From Halarcobacter sp. (lineage in GTDB: Bacteria; Campylobacterota; Campylobacteria; Campylobacterales; Arcobacteraceae): a stretch of DNA of 64,000 nucleotides. The stretch lies in the NCBI GenBank assembly GCA_963676565.1, contig OY781089.1:3168001-3232000 (forward strand), read 5' to 3'. The notes under the pieces were generated by a model, which made no database searches, had not been told where the DNA came from, and was given only the letters and a program-made list of their open reading frames with translations. How positions within the stretch are numbered: position 1 is the first letter of the stretch; the number at the start of each line of letters is the position of its first letter. The translations under genes and the position numbers were made by a program. Shown here piece after piece: positions 1 through 8,822 of the stretch.

Positions 1-632
1 CTTCCACTGTGGCAGTATAAAATAATTGGTAACTCTTTTTTATCTTCAATTTGATCTAATGACTGATAAAAAGAAGTTGTAGGAACTAAATAATCAGTCC
101 CTTTAATTCTTGTACCAACCCATTCCATCCATTCCCTTGTATCAACAAGTAAAAAGTCAACAAACCCTAATTCTCTTGCTTCTAATAAAGCTTCAACTTC
201 AGAAGCATTAACCTGAGATTTTGTTAACAACGCTTCGCATTCTTCCTTTGAGATACCCTTTGAATGAATAATCTCTTCTTTTAAATCACTTTTATCTTCT
301 AATGATTTAGCATATTCAGGAGTACAGAAAATTGCACAGTGACAGTGTCCTTGAGTAGGGATCTCTTTAGTTAATGCAGGGGTACAGGGACAAAGTCTAT
401 TATCCTCTTTTTCTCTTTGCTCAGCAGTTTCACCAACAACCATAAAACATGGGCAAAATCTTTGATTATATATAAGTTTGTTTCTTGTTAGTCCCATTTG
501 AATAGATTCATTTACATCCATTTCAGGATTATAAACAAAACCATGTTCCTCACAAACTTTATCTGTAAATTGTTTTGTTAATTCAAGTTGAACTTGAAAT
601 TCTTCACTCTCAACATCAATTTTTTTTATCAT
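1..632 (-). CDS. Ferredoxin:thioredoxin reductase catalytic-domain / rhodanese fusion protein (3' end runs off the window)
   Basis: Not in the ORF track. Hand translation from ATG at 632 (AGGA RBS upstream): MIKKIDVESEEF...GLTRNKLIYNQRFCPC...RLCPC...GHCHCAIFC, which has the FTR catalytic CPC/CPC/CHC motifs. It continues LVDTREWMEW..TRIKG...PIILYCHSG, typical of a rhodanese domain and its active-site loop. Confidence 0.85.
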   Translation of the reverse strand, partial: MIKKIDVESEEFQVQLELTKQFTDKVCEEHGFVYNPEMDVNESIQMGLTRNKLIYNQRFCPCFMVVGETAEQREKEDNRLCPCTPALTKEIPTQGHCHCAIFCTPEYAKSLEDKSDLKEEIIHSKGISKEECEALLTKSQVNASEVEALLEARELGFVDFLLVDTREWMEWVGTRIKGTDYLVPTTSFYQSLDQIEDKKELPIILYCHSG

Positions 633-707
633 TATACGTCCTAATTTCAAATATAAAAGGAAGTATATAAAAGATTAGTTTATATTTAGTTGGTATATAA
701 AATTTAA

Positions 708-1115
708 TTAATTTGCTTCTATAAATTCTTTGAATATATCTAAGATATCATCTTTTGATTCTTCAAACTCTTCAGTTGTATTAAAACTTTTTAACTTCTC
801 GCTTTTAAAATCACTTAGATGTTTTACATTTTTATAACCCATAGACCATTTTGGGAAAAGTCTTTCATCAATATCCTCTTCAAATAAATCTATTATGTTG
901 GTATGTCTTTCGTCATTAGAAATTTTTTCATAGATACTTAATACATCATCTTTTTCACCCTCTAAACATTGTAAAAAAGTTCTTCCTTTTACAATTAAGA
1001 GTCCAGTAACCTCTTTTTTTTGATTATTGGTTCTAGATTTTTCAAGTATCTCTTCTAATTCTTTATCCTCAAAAATTTTTGTTGCGGAACTAGTATATAA
1101 GATTCTATACATCAT
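708..1115 (-). CDS. Stand-alone BLUF-domain (FAD blue-light sensor) protein
   Basis: BLUF signature LYTS...SRTNN...VTGLL...FLQCLEG...DERH...RLFPKWSM, with the photoactive Tyr, Gln and Trp-Ser-Met retained. Confidence 0.92.
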   Translation of the reverse strand: MMYRILYTSSATKIFEDKELEEILEKSRTNNQKKEVTGLLIVKGRTFLQCLEGEKDDVLSIYEKISNDERHTNIIDLFEEDIDERLFPKWSMGYKNVKHLSDFKSEKLKSFNTTEEFEESKDDILDIFKEFIEAN

Positions 1116-1190
1116 AAAACTCCATAGATGATTTATTTATATAATCATAACAAAAAAGTGTATTTAAATAGTATCAAAAATAAGAAAAAT

Positions 1191-1212
1191 AAAAAGAGGA
1201 AAACCTCTTTTT
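1191..1212 (-). terminator. Probable intrinsic terminator after the cytochrome c gene
   Basis: Perfect inverted repeat aaaaagagg-aaaa-cctcttttt immediately after the stop codon, with a U-rich tail on the minus strand. Confidence 0.7.
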
Positions 1213-1213
1213 A

Positions 1214-1867
1214 TTATAAAGTAGAAATAAATGTAGCTAATGCTTTTATATCATTGTCAGATAGATTTGTAACTTGGCTTTTCATTACACCTTTCATAGC
1301 TCCACCATAAGTGTCATTTTTATATCCATTTAAAGCATCAATTGTTTTTGAAACTTCCCAACCTTTTATAATTTGAGATTTTCCTAATGCAGGATTTTGT
1401 GCATTTGCACCATGACATGCAGCACACTTCATAAATAACCCTTGCCCTTTTGCAACTAAATCATCTTCACTTGCTGTTACTTCTTCTACTTTTGCTGCAA
1501 CTTCATTTACTGTTTGTGTAACTTTTTCTTTTGTTGTGTTAGCAGCTTCTTGAACCTCTTTTGTTACTTCTTCTGTAGTTGTAGCAACTTTTTCACTTAC
1601 ACTTTTAACTACAGGGCTTGCAGCATCAACAATCTTTTTTGACTCTTCCATAACTTTTGAAGCAACATTTGAAGTTGATTCTTTAACTTGATCAACTAAT
1701 TTTGATTCAGCAGATTTTTCTTCAGAAACCTCTTTTTCAACTTTAGGTTCTTGTTTTACTACCTCTTGTTTAGCATCTTCAACAACTTTAGATTCAGCAG
1801 TTTTATCTTCACCACATCCAGTTAATAACGCAATTGCAACTATAGAACTTAATAAAATTTTTTTCAT
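1214..1867 (-). CDS. Lipoprotein monoheme cytochrome c (c553-like) with a long low-complexity linker
   Basis: Lipobox LLTGC, then an E/K/V/T/A-rich spacer, then a C-terminal domain with CAACH and candidate axial Met (GAMKGVMK). Confidence 0.88.
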   Translation of the reverse strand: MKKILLSSIVAIALLTGCGEDKTAESKVVEDAKQEVVKQEPKVEKEVSEEKSAESKLVDQVKESTSNVASKVMEESKKIVDAASPVVKSVSEKVATTTEEVTKEVQEAANTTKEKVTQTVNEVAAKVEEVTASEDDLVAKGQGLFMKCAACHGANAQNPALGKSQIIKGWEVSKTIDALNGYKNDTYGGAMKGVMKSQVTNLSDNDIKALATFISTL

Positions 1868-1953
1868 TTAACCAACCTTTTAAAATAATTTAGAATTTTA
1901 CTTTTTTAAAATTAAAAAGATATTAATAACATATTATATATTTAATTGTGTAA

Positions 1954-4188
1954 CTATTGTGCTACAGCTTCTAAAGGTTTATATGTAAATTTAAACTCCT
2001 CTTTAACAAAATCAATTTTAACTTGACCACCTTTTTTAAGTCTTCCAAATAAAATCTCATCGGTAAGAACATTTTTAATTTTATCTGAAATAACTCGTCC
2101 AAGAGGTCTAGCTCCCATTGCTTTATCATAACCAAGTCTAGCAAGCTCATTTTTAGCCTTAGCAGTAATAGAAATCTTGATTTTTTTATTTACCAATTGT
2201 TTTTCTAAATCTTCTATAAATTTACCAGCAACTTGTGAAACAATATCAGGACTTAATGATGTAAAGCTAACCATTGCATCAAGTCTATTTCTAAACTCAG
2301 GAGCAAAGAATTTATTAACTGCTTTATTTTCATTTAATGAATCATCTTTAGCAAAGCCCATAACATTTGCTTCTGCTGCACCTAAATTTGATGTCATAAT
2401 TAAAATAACATTTTGGAAATCTGCTTTATTACCACTATTATCAGTTAATTCTGCATTATCCATAACTTGAAGTAGGATTGACATTAAGTCTGGGTGTGCT
2501 TTTTCAATTTCATCTAGAAGTAAAACACAATGTGGATGTTTCCTAATGGCTTCTGTTAATAATCCACCATTTTCAAATCCAACATATCCTGCAGGAGCTC
2601 CAATTAATCTTGAGATTGTATGAGCTTCCATATATTCACTCATATCAAATCTTTCAAAATGGATTCCTAATTGATTAGATAACTCTTTTGCAACTTCTGT
2701 TTTACCAACACCTGTAGGTCCTGTAAAAAGAAAACTTCCAATAGGTTTTTTATCAATATTAAGTCCTGCTTTGTTTCTTTTGATTGACTGTGCAATAGTA
2801 CTAATCGCACTATCTTGACCAAATACTCTTTTTTGCATTCTTTTTTCAAGATTCTTAAGTAATGAAACATCAGACTTAGTTGCAGCTTTTGATGGTATAT
2901 GTGCCATTCTTGCAACTGTATCTTCTACATCTTTTTGAGTAATTTTAATATTGCTTTTATTTACACTTGAGTATTGAATCTTTTTACTAGCACCAACCTC
3001 ATCAATAACATCAATGGCACTATCTGGTAAAAATCTATCAGTTATATATTTTTTACTAAGTTCAACTGCCATTTCAATTGCTGTTTTGTTGTATTGTACA
3101 CTATGATACTCTTCATATTTTGGTTTTAAACCTTCCAAAATAGCAACAGCATCTTCTAAAGATGGCTCATCTATATCAACTTTTGCGAATCTTCTTGATA
3201 AAGCTTTATCTTTTGAAAAATCATTTCTAAATTCTGCAAATGTTGTAGCCCCTATACATTTTAACTTTCCATTTGCTAGCATTGGTTTTAGTATATTAGA
3301 AGCATCCATAGCACTTCCACTAACACTTCCTGCCCCAACAATTGTATGAATCTCATCAATAAATAAAATTGCATTAGGGATTGCACTTACCTCTTTTAGT
3401 AAAGATTTTAATTTTTTCTCAAAATCTCCTCTATATTTAGTCCCTGCAACCATTGAACCCATATCTAAAGAGAATATCTTTGCATTTTCTAAAAACTCAG
3501 GAACTCTTTTATTTGCTATTTCTAAAGCTAATCCTTCTGCAATTGCAGTTTTACCAACTCCAGGTTCACCAACTAAAATTGGGTTATTTTTCTTTCTTCT
3601 TCCTAAGATTTGAATAACCCTTTGGATTTCATTTACCCTTCCAATAACTGGATCTATTTCACCTTTGTGTGCAAGGGCAACTAACTCTGTTGAGTTTTTA
3701 TCTAATACTTTATTCTCTTTTTCAAGCCCTGGTTTAGAACCAATTTCACCCTCTTCTAAATCATCTTCTTTATGAGAGATTTCCTCAAGAATATCAACCC
3801 TTTCAACACCTGCTGATTTTAAAATAAAAGTAGCATATGATTTTTCATCTTTTAAAATAGCTACAAACATATCTTCAACACTTGCATTTCTTCTTCCACT
3901 TGCTTGTGCACTTGCAACCATATTCTCAATAATTGAAGTTAAAGTAATAGTTTCTATTGGCTCATCTTCAACATTTTCAGGATATATTGGTGTGTTTTCA
4001 TCAATATGTTTTTTTATATCATTGAATATTTTATTTTGATCAAGTCCTAAATCATTAAATAAATTCTCAATAACTTCATCATGAATCAACATTAAAAAAA
4101 TATGTTCAATGGTTAAATATTCATGTCTACTTTTTTTTGCATAGCCAACAGCTTGTGCAAATATATTTCTTAATTCTTTACTAATCAT
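1954..4188 (-). CDS. clpA: ATP-dependent Clp protease ATP-binding subunit ClpA
   Basis: Clp N-domain, two AAA+ modules (GEPGVGKT, GPTGVGKT), no ClpB middle coiled coil, directly downstream of clpS. Confidence 0.95.
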   Translation of the reverse strand: MISKELRNIFAQAVGYAKKSRHEYLTIEHIFLMLIHDEVIENLFNDLGLDQNKIFNDIKKHIDENTPIYPENVEDEPIETITLTSIIENMVASAQASGRRNASVEDMFVAILKDEKSYATFILKSAGVERVDILEEISHKEDDLEEGEIGSKPGLEKENKVLDKNSTELVALAHKGEIDPVIGRVNEIQRVIQILGRRKKNNPILVGEPGVGKTAIAEGLALEIANKRVPEFLENAKIFSLDMGSMVAGTKYRGDFEKKLKSLLKEVSAIPNAILFIDEIHTIVGAGSVSGSAMDASNILKPMLANGKLKCIGATTFAEFRNDFSKDKALSRRFAKVDIDEPSLEDAVAILEGLKPKYEEYHSVQYNKTAIEMAVELSKKYITDRFLPDSAIDVIDEVGASKKIQYSSVNKSNIKITQKDVEDTVARMAHIPSKAATKSDVSLLKNLEKRMQKRVFGQDSAISTIAQSIKRNKAGLNIDKKPIGSFLFTGPTGVGKTEVAKELSNQLGIHFERFDMSEYMEAHTISRLIGAPAGYVGFENGGLLTEAIRKHPHCVLLLDEIEKAHPDLMSILLQVMDNAELTDNSGNKADFQNVILIMTSNLGAAEANVMGFAKDDSLNENKAVNKFFAPEFRNRLDAMVSFTSLSPDIVSQVAGKFIEDLEKQLVNKKIKISITAKAKNELARLGYDKAMGARPLGRVISDKIKNVLTDEILFGRLKKGGQVKIDFVKEEFKFTYKPLEAVAQ

Positions 4189-4192
4189 AATC

Positions 4193-4492
4193 TTACTCTT
4201 CTTCCATTATAGCTTTTAGAGGGAAACCCTTTTCTCTAGCCAATGTTTTAACCTGAGCTACTTTTGTAGAGGCAATCTCATGGGTATAAATCCCACATAC
4301 TTCTTTGCCATTATTATGAATATTAAGCATTATTTGAGTAGCTTGGTCAACTGTTTTTCTGAAAATCCTTGTTAATACATCAATAACAAAATCCATAGTT
4401 GAATAATCATCATTCAACAATAAAACCTTAAATTTTTTAGGTTCTGCTACTTCTAAGTTACTATCTAATTCAATTTCTAATTCGTTTGCCAA
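4193..4492 (-). CDS. clpS: Clp protease adaptor ClpS
   Basis: Motifs VLLLNDDYSTMDFV and FPLKAIME. The start is probably TTG at 4492 (GAAGG RBS) rather than ATG 4513, which lies only ~12 nt below the -10 box. Confidence 0.93.
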   Translation of the reverse strand: MANELEIELDSNLEVAEPKKFKVLLLNDDYSTMDFVIDVLTRIFRKTVDQATQIMLNIHNNGKEVCGIYTHEIASTKVAQVKTLAREKGFPLKAIMEEE

Positions 4493-4524
4493 AATAATAC
4501 CTTCTAAATTCATTTATTGTATAT

Positions 4525-4533
4525 ATTATAACA
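4525..4533 (-). promoter_or_regulatory. Extended -10 sigma70 promoter for clpS-clpA
   Basis: TGTTATAAT on the minus strand in an AT-rich intergenic region. Confidence 0.6.
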
Positions 4534-4596
4534 AAAAACTCCTAATGAAGGTAAAACAAATTGTTTATTAAATAATTTAAAGATTTTTTTATTTTT

Positions 4597-4605
4597 TGAT
4601 ATAAT
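4597..4605 (+). promoter_or_regulatory. Extended -10 sigma70 promoter for bioD
   Basis: TGATATAAT ~25 nt upstream of the ATG; GGAG RBS. Confidence 0.6.
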
Positions 4606-4630
4606 CCCCTTTTTAATATATTGGAGATAT

Positions 4631-5236
4631 ATGATTTTATTTATTAGTGCAACAAATACTGATGTAGGTAAAACCTATGCCTGTGAAAAAATTTTAAAAC
4701 ATTATTCAAATAAGGGTTTAAAGGTTGGATATTTTAAACCATGCGAAACCGGCGTAATTAATACGCCACTTGATGGAACAAAAATGCTTAATTTAGTAAA
4801 AAAGCTTAACCCCGATTTTGATTTAGATATAAATGAAGTAGTTCCCTATCAATTTGAACTACCAGCGGCACCCTATGTAGCAAAAAAAGATTCTGATATA
4901 GATATAGACTTTTTAAAAAAGCAAATAATATACTTAAAATCTTTTTGTGATGTATTGGTTATTGAAGGGGCAGGAGGACTTATGGTTCCCATAAAAAAAG
5001 ATTTATTTATAATTGATTTAATTAAAGAGTTTGAGGCAAAAGCTGTATTAATAAGTCCTTCGAAGCTTGGTTGTATAAATGACACCCTACTTTCAATTGA
5101 AGCTTTAAAAAATAGAAATATCGATTTTGATTGGTATATAAATCTTTATCAAGATAAAGATAGTTTTAATGAAGTAAGTAGACCTTTTTTAGAAGATTAT
5201 TTTAAAGAATTAAAGTTTTTGAAGGATTTAGATTAA
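4631..5236 (+). CDS. bioD: Dethiobiotin synthase
   Basis: Motifs ATNTDVGKT, YFKP, IEGAGG and LGCINDTLL. Confidence 0.95.
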   Translation: MILFISATNTDVGKTYACEKILKHYSNKGLKVGYFKPCETGVINTPLDGTKMLNLVKKLNPDFDLDINEVVPYQFELPAAPYVAKKDSDIDIDFLKKQIIYLKSFCDVLVIEGAGGLMVPIKKDLFIIDLIKEFEAKAVLISPSKLGCINDTLLSIEALKNRNIDFDWYINLYQDKDSFNEVSRPFLEDYFKELKFLKDLD

Positions 5237-5238
5237 CT

Positions 5239-6420
5239 CTAAATCCTCTCTTTTATTTTTGTATAATAGTATGCAAATACAAAAAATCCCATACCTATAA
5301 AAATTGTAATTAATTCTAAAGAGATTAAATCTGCCATAATTCCTATAAAAAATGTTGTTAAAATATTTGAAACCATAAAAATCATATCATTATAAGAAAT
5401 TACTCTTCCTAAGTATTTTTGTTCAACATTTTCTTGAATTAACGCATAAGTATATGACCAAATAGTTGTTGTCATAAAGCCTGTTAAAAAAACTGCAAAT
5501 AAAGCATAATAAAAATTAAACTGGAAAACTCCCCAAAGAATAATTGCAACTCCTTGGAAAATGAAAATATAAGTTAAAGTATCTTTATTGACTTTATTTG
5601 TTATAAAAAATGGTCCTATCATAAGTGCAAGGGCACGTATTGCGTTTGTAATACCAATTGCTAGAGGAACAGCAATGATTGTTCTATATTCATTTTTTGC
5701 TAAAAGAGTAACCAAAGTATCAAAGGCAGTTAAACCAACAGAAGAGTGAAGAATTATCAAATGTAAAACTATTTTATGGTTTTTTATATATAAAAAACCA
5801 TCTTTTATCATTGATGAAATTTTCTCTTTAGTATGAATAATCTCTACTTTAAATTCAATATTCAAAAATATAATTATTGCAGCTAGAAAAAATAAAATAT
5901 CAATAACAATTGCAGTTTTTATTCCATAAGCATTTACAACTAAACCACTAATTCCCATACCAGCTGCATATGTAAATGACCATATTATTGAATGTATCTC
6001 ATTTGTTTTTTGTAAAGCTTTTCCACTAACTAACTTTGGAAGTAAAGACATCTCCGTTGAAAAGAACATTGAGGCACTGCCCATTCTAATAAATATTAAA
6101 ATCATCAAAATCCAAATCTCATCTTTTGAATCAATAGTTAAAAGTAAGACCGTCATAATAAGTTCAGTTGATAACAATACAAACATCAAAGATTTAATCT
6201 TAAACCTATCAATTATTGCACCTGAAAGGGGAGCTATTAATATAGCAGGAAGAAGATGCATAGCTGTTACAACTGAAATAGCAAGAGCAGATGAACCAAA
6301 CTCTACAAGCATAGTATAAATTGCAACATTTGAGAACCATGCACCAAAATATGCAACAAATTGCAGAAGTGTAAGTTTTCTAATAATGGGATTATTGGCT
6401 AATAATTCATAATAATTCAA
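5239..6420 (-). CDS. MFS transporter (DHA3/H+ antiporter-like)
   Basis: About 12 hydrophobic segments, motif A-like GAIIDRF, and a second-half YLGRV motif. Confidence 0.88.
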   Translation of the reverse strand: MNYYELLANNPIIRKLTLLQFVAYFGAWFSNVAIYTMLVEFGSSALAISVVTAMHLLPAILIAPLSGAIIDRFKIKSLMFVLLSTELIMTVLLLTIDSKDEIWILMILIFIRMGSASMFFSTEMSLLPKLVSGKALQKTNEIHSIIWSFTYAAGMGISGLVVNAYGIKTAIVIDILFFLAAIIIFLNIEFKVEIIHTKEKISSMIKDGFLYIKNHKIVLHLIILHSSVGLTAFDTLVTLLAKNEYRTIIAVPLAIGITNAIRALALMIGPFFITNKVNKDTLTYIFIFQGVAIILWGVFQFNFYYALFAVFLTGFMTTTIWSYTYALIQENVEQKYLGRVISYNDMIFMVSNILTTFFIGIMADLISLELITIFIGMGFFVFAYYYTKIKERI

Positions 6421-8119
6421 GTCGTACTAAAGCCTCTTGGAATATTGCAGAATTTGATAATTCATCACTTTTGTGGCTTGTAAGGTAGTTTGCTTTTTTA
6501 TTTCCTGCATATAACGCTATACAATTTTCTTTTATATCATCATCAAGTTTGACAATAAAATTTGCTTCTCCAAATGATGTTGAAGCTTTCACTTCATCAC
6601 CCTCTTCAAAACCACAATTTGAATTTAAATATAAATAATTATCATATATAAATTGTGAATTTAAATTCTCTTTTCTCTTTCTAAAAAGCAAATAAAATTG
6701 ACCTTCATTTTTATCTTCATATAAATTATCAACTTCTAAATCTTCAAGAAAATCAAAATTTTCTATATATGAATCTCTTTGAGGTTCAAAATTTTTATAA
6801 TAGTTTATTACTTCATCTTCAGATATCAAATCATCAAAACCAAAGTTCTTAAAAAGATATTCTGTAAGTTCATATTCTGAAATTGTATTTGTATTTTTGT
6901 TTTCTATAATATTTGAAACTGCTTTAAACTCATGACCATAAGAAAGTCTAACATCTTTTTTTGCTTTAAAATTTGTTGCAGGGATAATAACATCTGCATA
7001 TTCACAGGTATCATTAAAAGTAGTCCCAAAAAATATAACAAAACTATTTTTTAGTCCCTCTATAACTCTTTTTGTATTTGGAGCTGAAACTACAGGATTA
7101 GCTCCTTGTATAAAAACTAAATCATATTTTGAAAAGTCAACCTGTGGTAAATCAACTTTATTACTTGTTTTAGCTTCAAACTTTTTTTCATATCCAAAAT
7201 TTGAATCACTTAGATACCAAACTCCACCTTTATCTTTATTATGAAGACCAATAAAAGCTGCAAAAGAATCTATTGCTCTAAAAATATTTGCACCTTCATA
7301 ATATTTTTGTGGTCCAATTCCTAAAAGTATAGAAACTGATTTTCCTTTGATTAGTTCAAACATTTTAGAAACATCACTTAATGAAATCCCTGTAGTAGCC
7401 TCATAAGAAATTATAGGTCTTTCTTTTGATAATTCAAAAAAATCTTCTGCTCCATTTGAATTATTTTGTATAAATTCTTCATCTTCTAAATCTTCCATAT
7501 AAGCAAATCGAGTAAATAAAAGTGCCAATTCATGGTCAGTTTTGGGATTAATTTGAAAGTGTATTTCGCTTTTTTTAGCAATTTTTGTTTTTACAGGATC
7601 AATAGTAATAAAAGTCTTATCTTTAATAAGATTATACATATGAGGAGATGTAACACTTAGATTTCTTCCCCAAACAATAATAATATCTGAATCAATTAGA
7701 TTTTGAGTTGGTGGGTTTAGATTAAAACCTCTACCTAAAGAGATACCTTTATCTCCAACACCATTACATAAACTTCCTTTTGTAAGTGTTGCACCATATT
7801 TTGCAAAAAAAGTTTTAGGTGAACTTTGCATAACTCCTAAATTTCCAGCACCTTTATAGTAAAGCACCTTTTTAGGCTCAGTCTCTTTTAGTTTTTTTCT
7901 TAGTAAATTAAGTGATTCATCTAAATTAACTTTTTGCTTATCTATAAATGAATTCTCTAAAAAATTTTCTTTTAATAGATTTGCAAAATTTATACAAAGT
8001 TTTGATTTTGTAATTGGGTGTTCTTTATTTGCCTTAATATTTTCACCATCAAAAACTGCTTCACAGGTATCAAAGCAATCAAGTGGGCAGGCAATAGTAT
8101 TTAAACTATTTGAATTCAA
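6407..8119 (-). CDS. Molybdopterin-dependent oxidoreductase (compact)
   Basis: N-terminal CPLDCFDTC...LC 4Fe-4S motif, IIVWGRN, IDPVKT, QGANP, TCEYADVIIPA, and a C-terminal molybdopterin-dinucleotide-binding region (LNSQF). Confidence 0.85.
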   Translation of the reverse strand: MNSNSLNTIACPLDCFDTCEAVFDGENIKANKEHPITKSKLCINFANLLKENFLENSFIDKQKVNLDESLNLLRKKLKETEPKKVLYYKGAGNLGVMQSSPKTFFAKYGATLTKGSLCNGVGDKGISLGRGFNLNPPTQNLIDSDIIIVWGRNLSVTSPHMYNLIKDKTFITIDPVKTKIAKKSEIHFQINPKTDHELALLFTRFAYMEDLEDEEFIQNNSNGAEDFFELSKERPIISYEATTGISLSDVSKMFELIKGKSVSILLGIGPQKYYEGANIFRAIDSFAAFIGLHNKDKGGVWYLSDSNFGYEKKFEAKTSNKVDLPQVDFSKYDLVFIQGANPVVSAPNTKRVIEGLKNSFVIFFGTTFNDTCEYADVIIPATNFKAKKDVRLSYGHEFKAVSNIIENKNTNTISEYELTEYLFKNFGFDDLISEDEVINYYKNFEPQRDSYIENFDFLEDLEVDNLYEDKNEGQFYLLFRKRKENLNSQFIYDNYLYLNSNCGFEEGDEVKASTSFGEANFIVKLDDDIKENCIALYAGNKKANYLTSHKSDELSNSAIFQEALVRLELL

Positions 8120-8813
8120 CTTTTACTAACCTAGAAAAAACTTTTGGATTATCAATAACAATTTCAACTTTATAAGATGAGATATGTTTTTCATCTGCTA
8201 CTTTAAATATTTTGTTTATTTTTAAAGAGCTTTCTTTTCCATCTAAATATATTTTTTTAGATTGAATTTTTTCAATCTCATCAATTGGAACAAAAATCTC
8301 TAATTTCCCTTTACTTAAATCTTTTGATTCATAAAGAAGAGTACCTGGAGTAACATAAGTTCCCTCTTTAACTGCTATGTTATAAATATAATTGTTTTTT
8401 TCAATAAGTCTTTTATTTTTTATACTATCTTTTAAATTTGCAATTTTTATTTCAATATCAGCTTTTGTTACTTGATAATTTATCACTTTGATTTTTTGAT
8501 TATCTTTTTCATATCCAGATTTAGAAGTAACCTTTAAAAGTCTATTATAGTTTTTTTCTTCAACCTTCATCATCTCTTCAATAGCTTTTAACTTCATTTT
8601 TGATTGTTCTAAATCTATTCTGTCAACATAAGAATCTATTTCAATTATCTTTGTATTTTTTGCTTTTTTACCCTCAATTTCACTATTAGAAAATATCACT
8701 TTACCACTAACTGAAGATTTTACTTCAAAACTTTCAATAGGCTGTAATTTTGCATAATATTCAGTTGCAAATGCTGAACTTAACATAACTAATACTACTA
8801 ATAAATATCTCAT
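8106..8813 (-). CDS. HlyD/membrane-fusion-family periplasmic adaptor-like protein
   Basis: Signal peptide; split lipoyl motifs VKSSVSGKV and VKEGTYVTPGTLL flanking a coiled-coil hairpin. Confidence 0.72.
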   Translation of the reverse strand: MRYLLVVLVMLSSAFATEYYAKLQPIESFEVKSSVSGKVIFSNSEIEGKKAKNTKIIEIDSYVDRIDLEQSKMKLKAIEEMMKVEEKNYNRLLKVTSKSGYEKDNQKIKVINYQVTKADIEIKIANLKDSIKNKRLIEKNNYIYNIAVKEGTYVTPGTLLYESKDLSKGKLEIFVPIDEIEKIQSKKIYLDGKESSLKINKIFKVADEKHISSYKVEIVIDNPKVFSRLVKVEFK

Positions 8814-8822
8814 ATTTACCTC

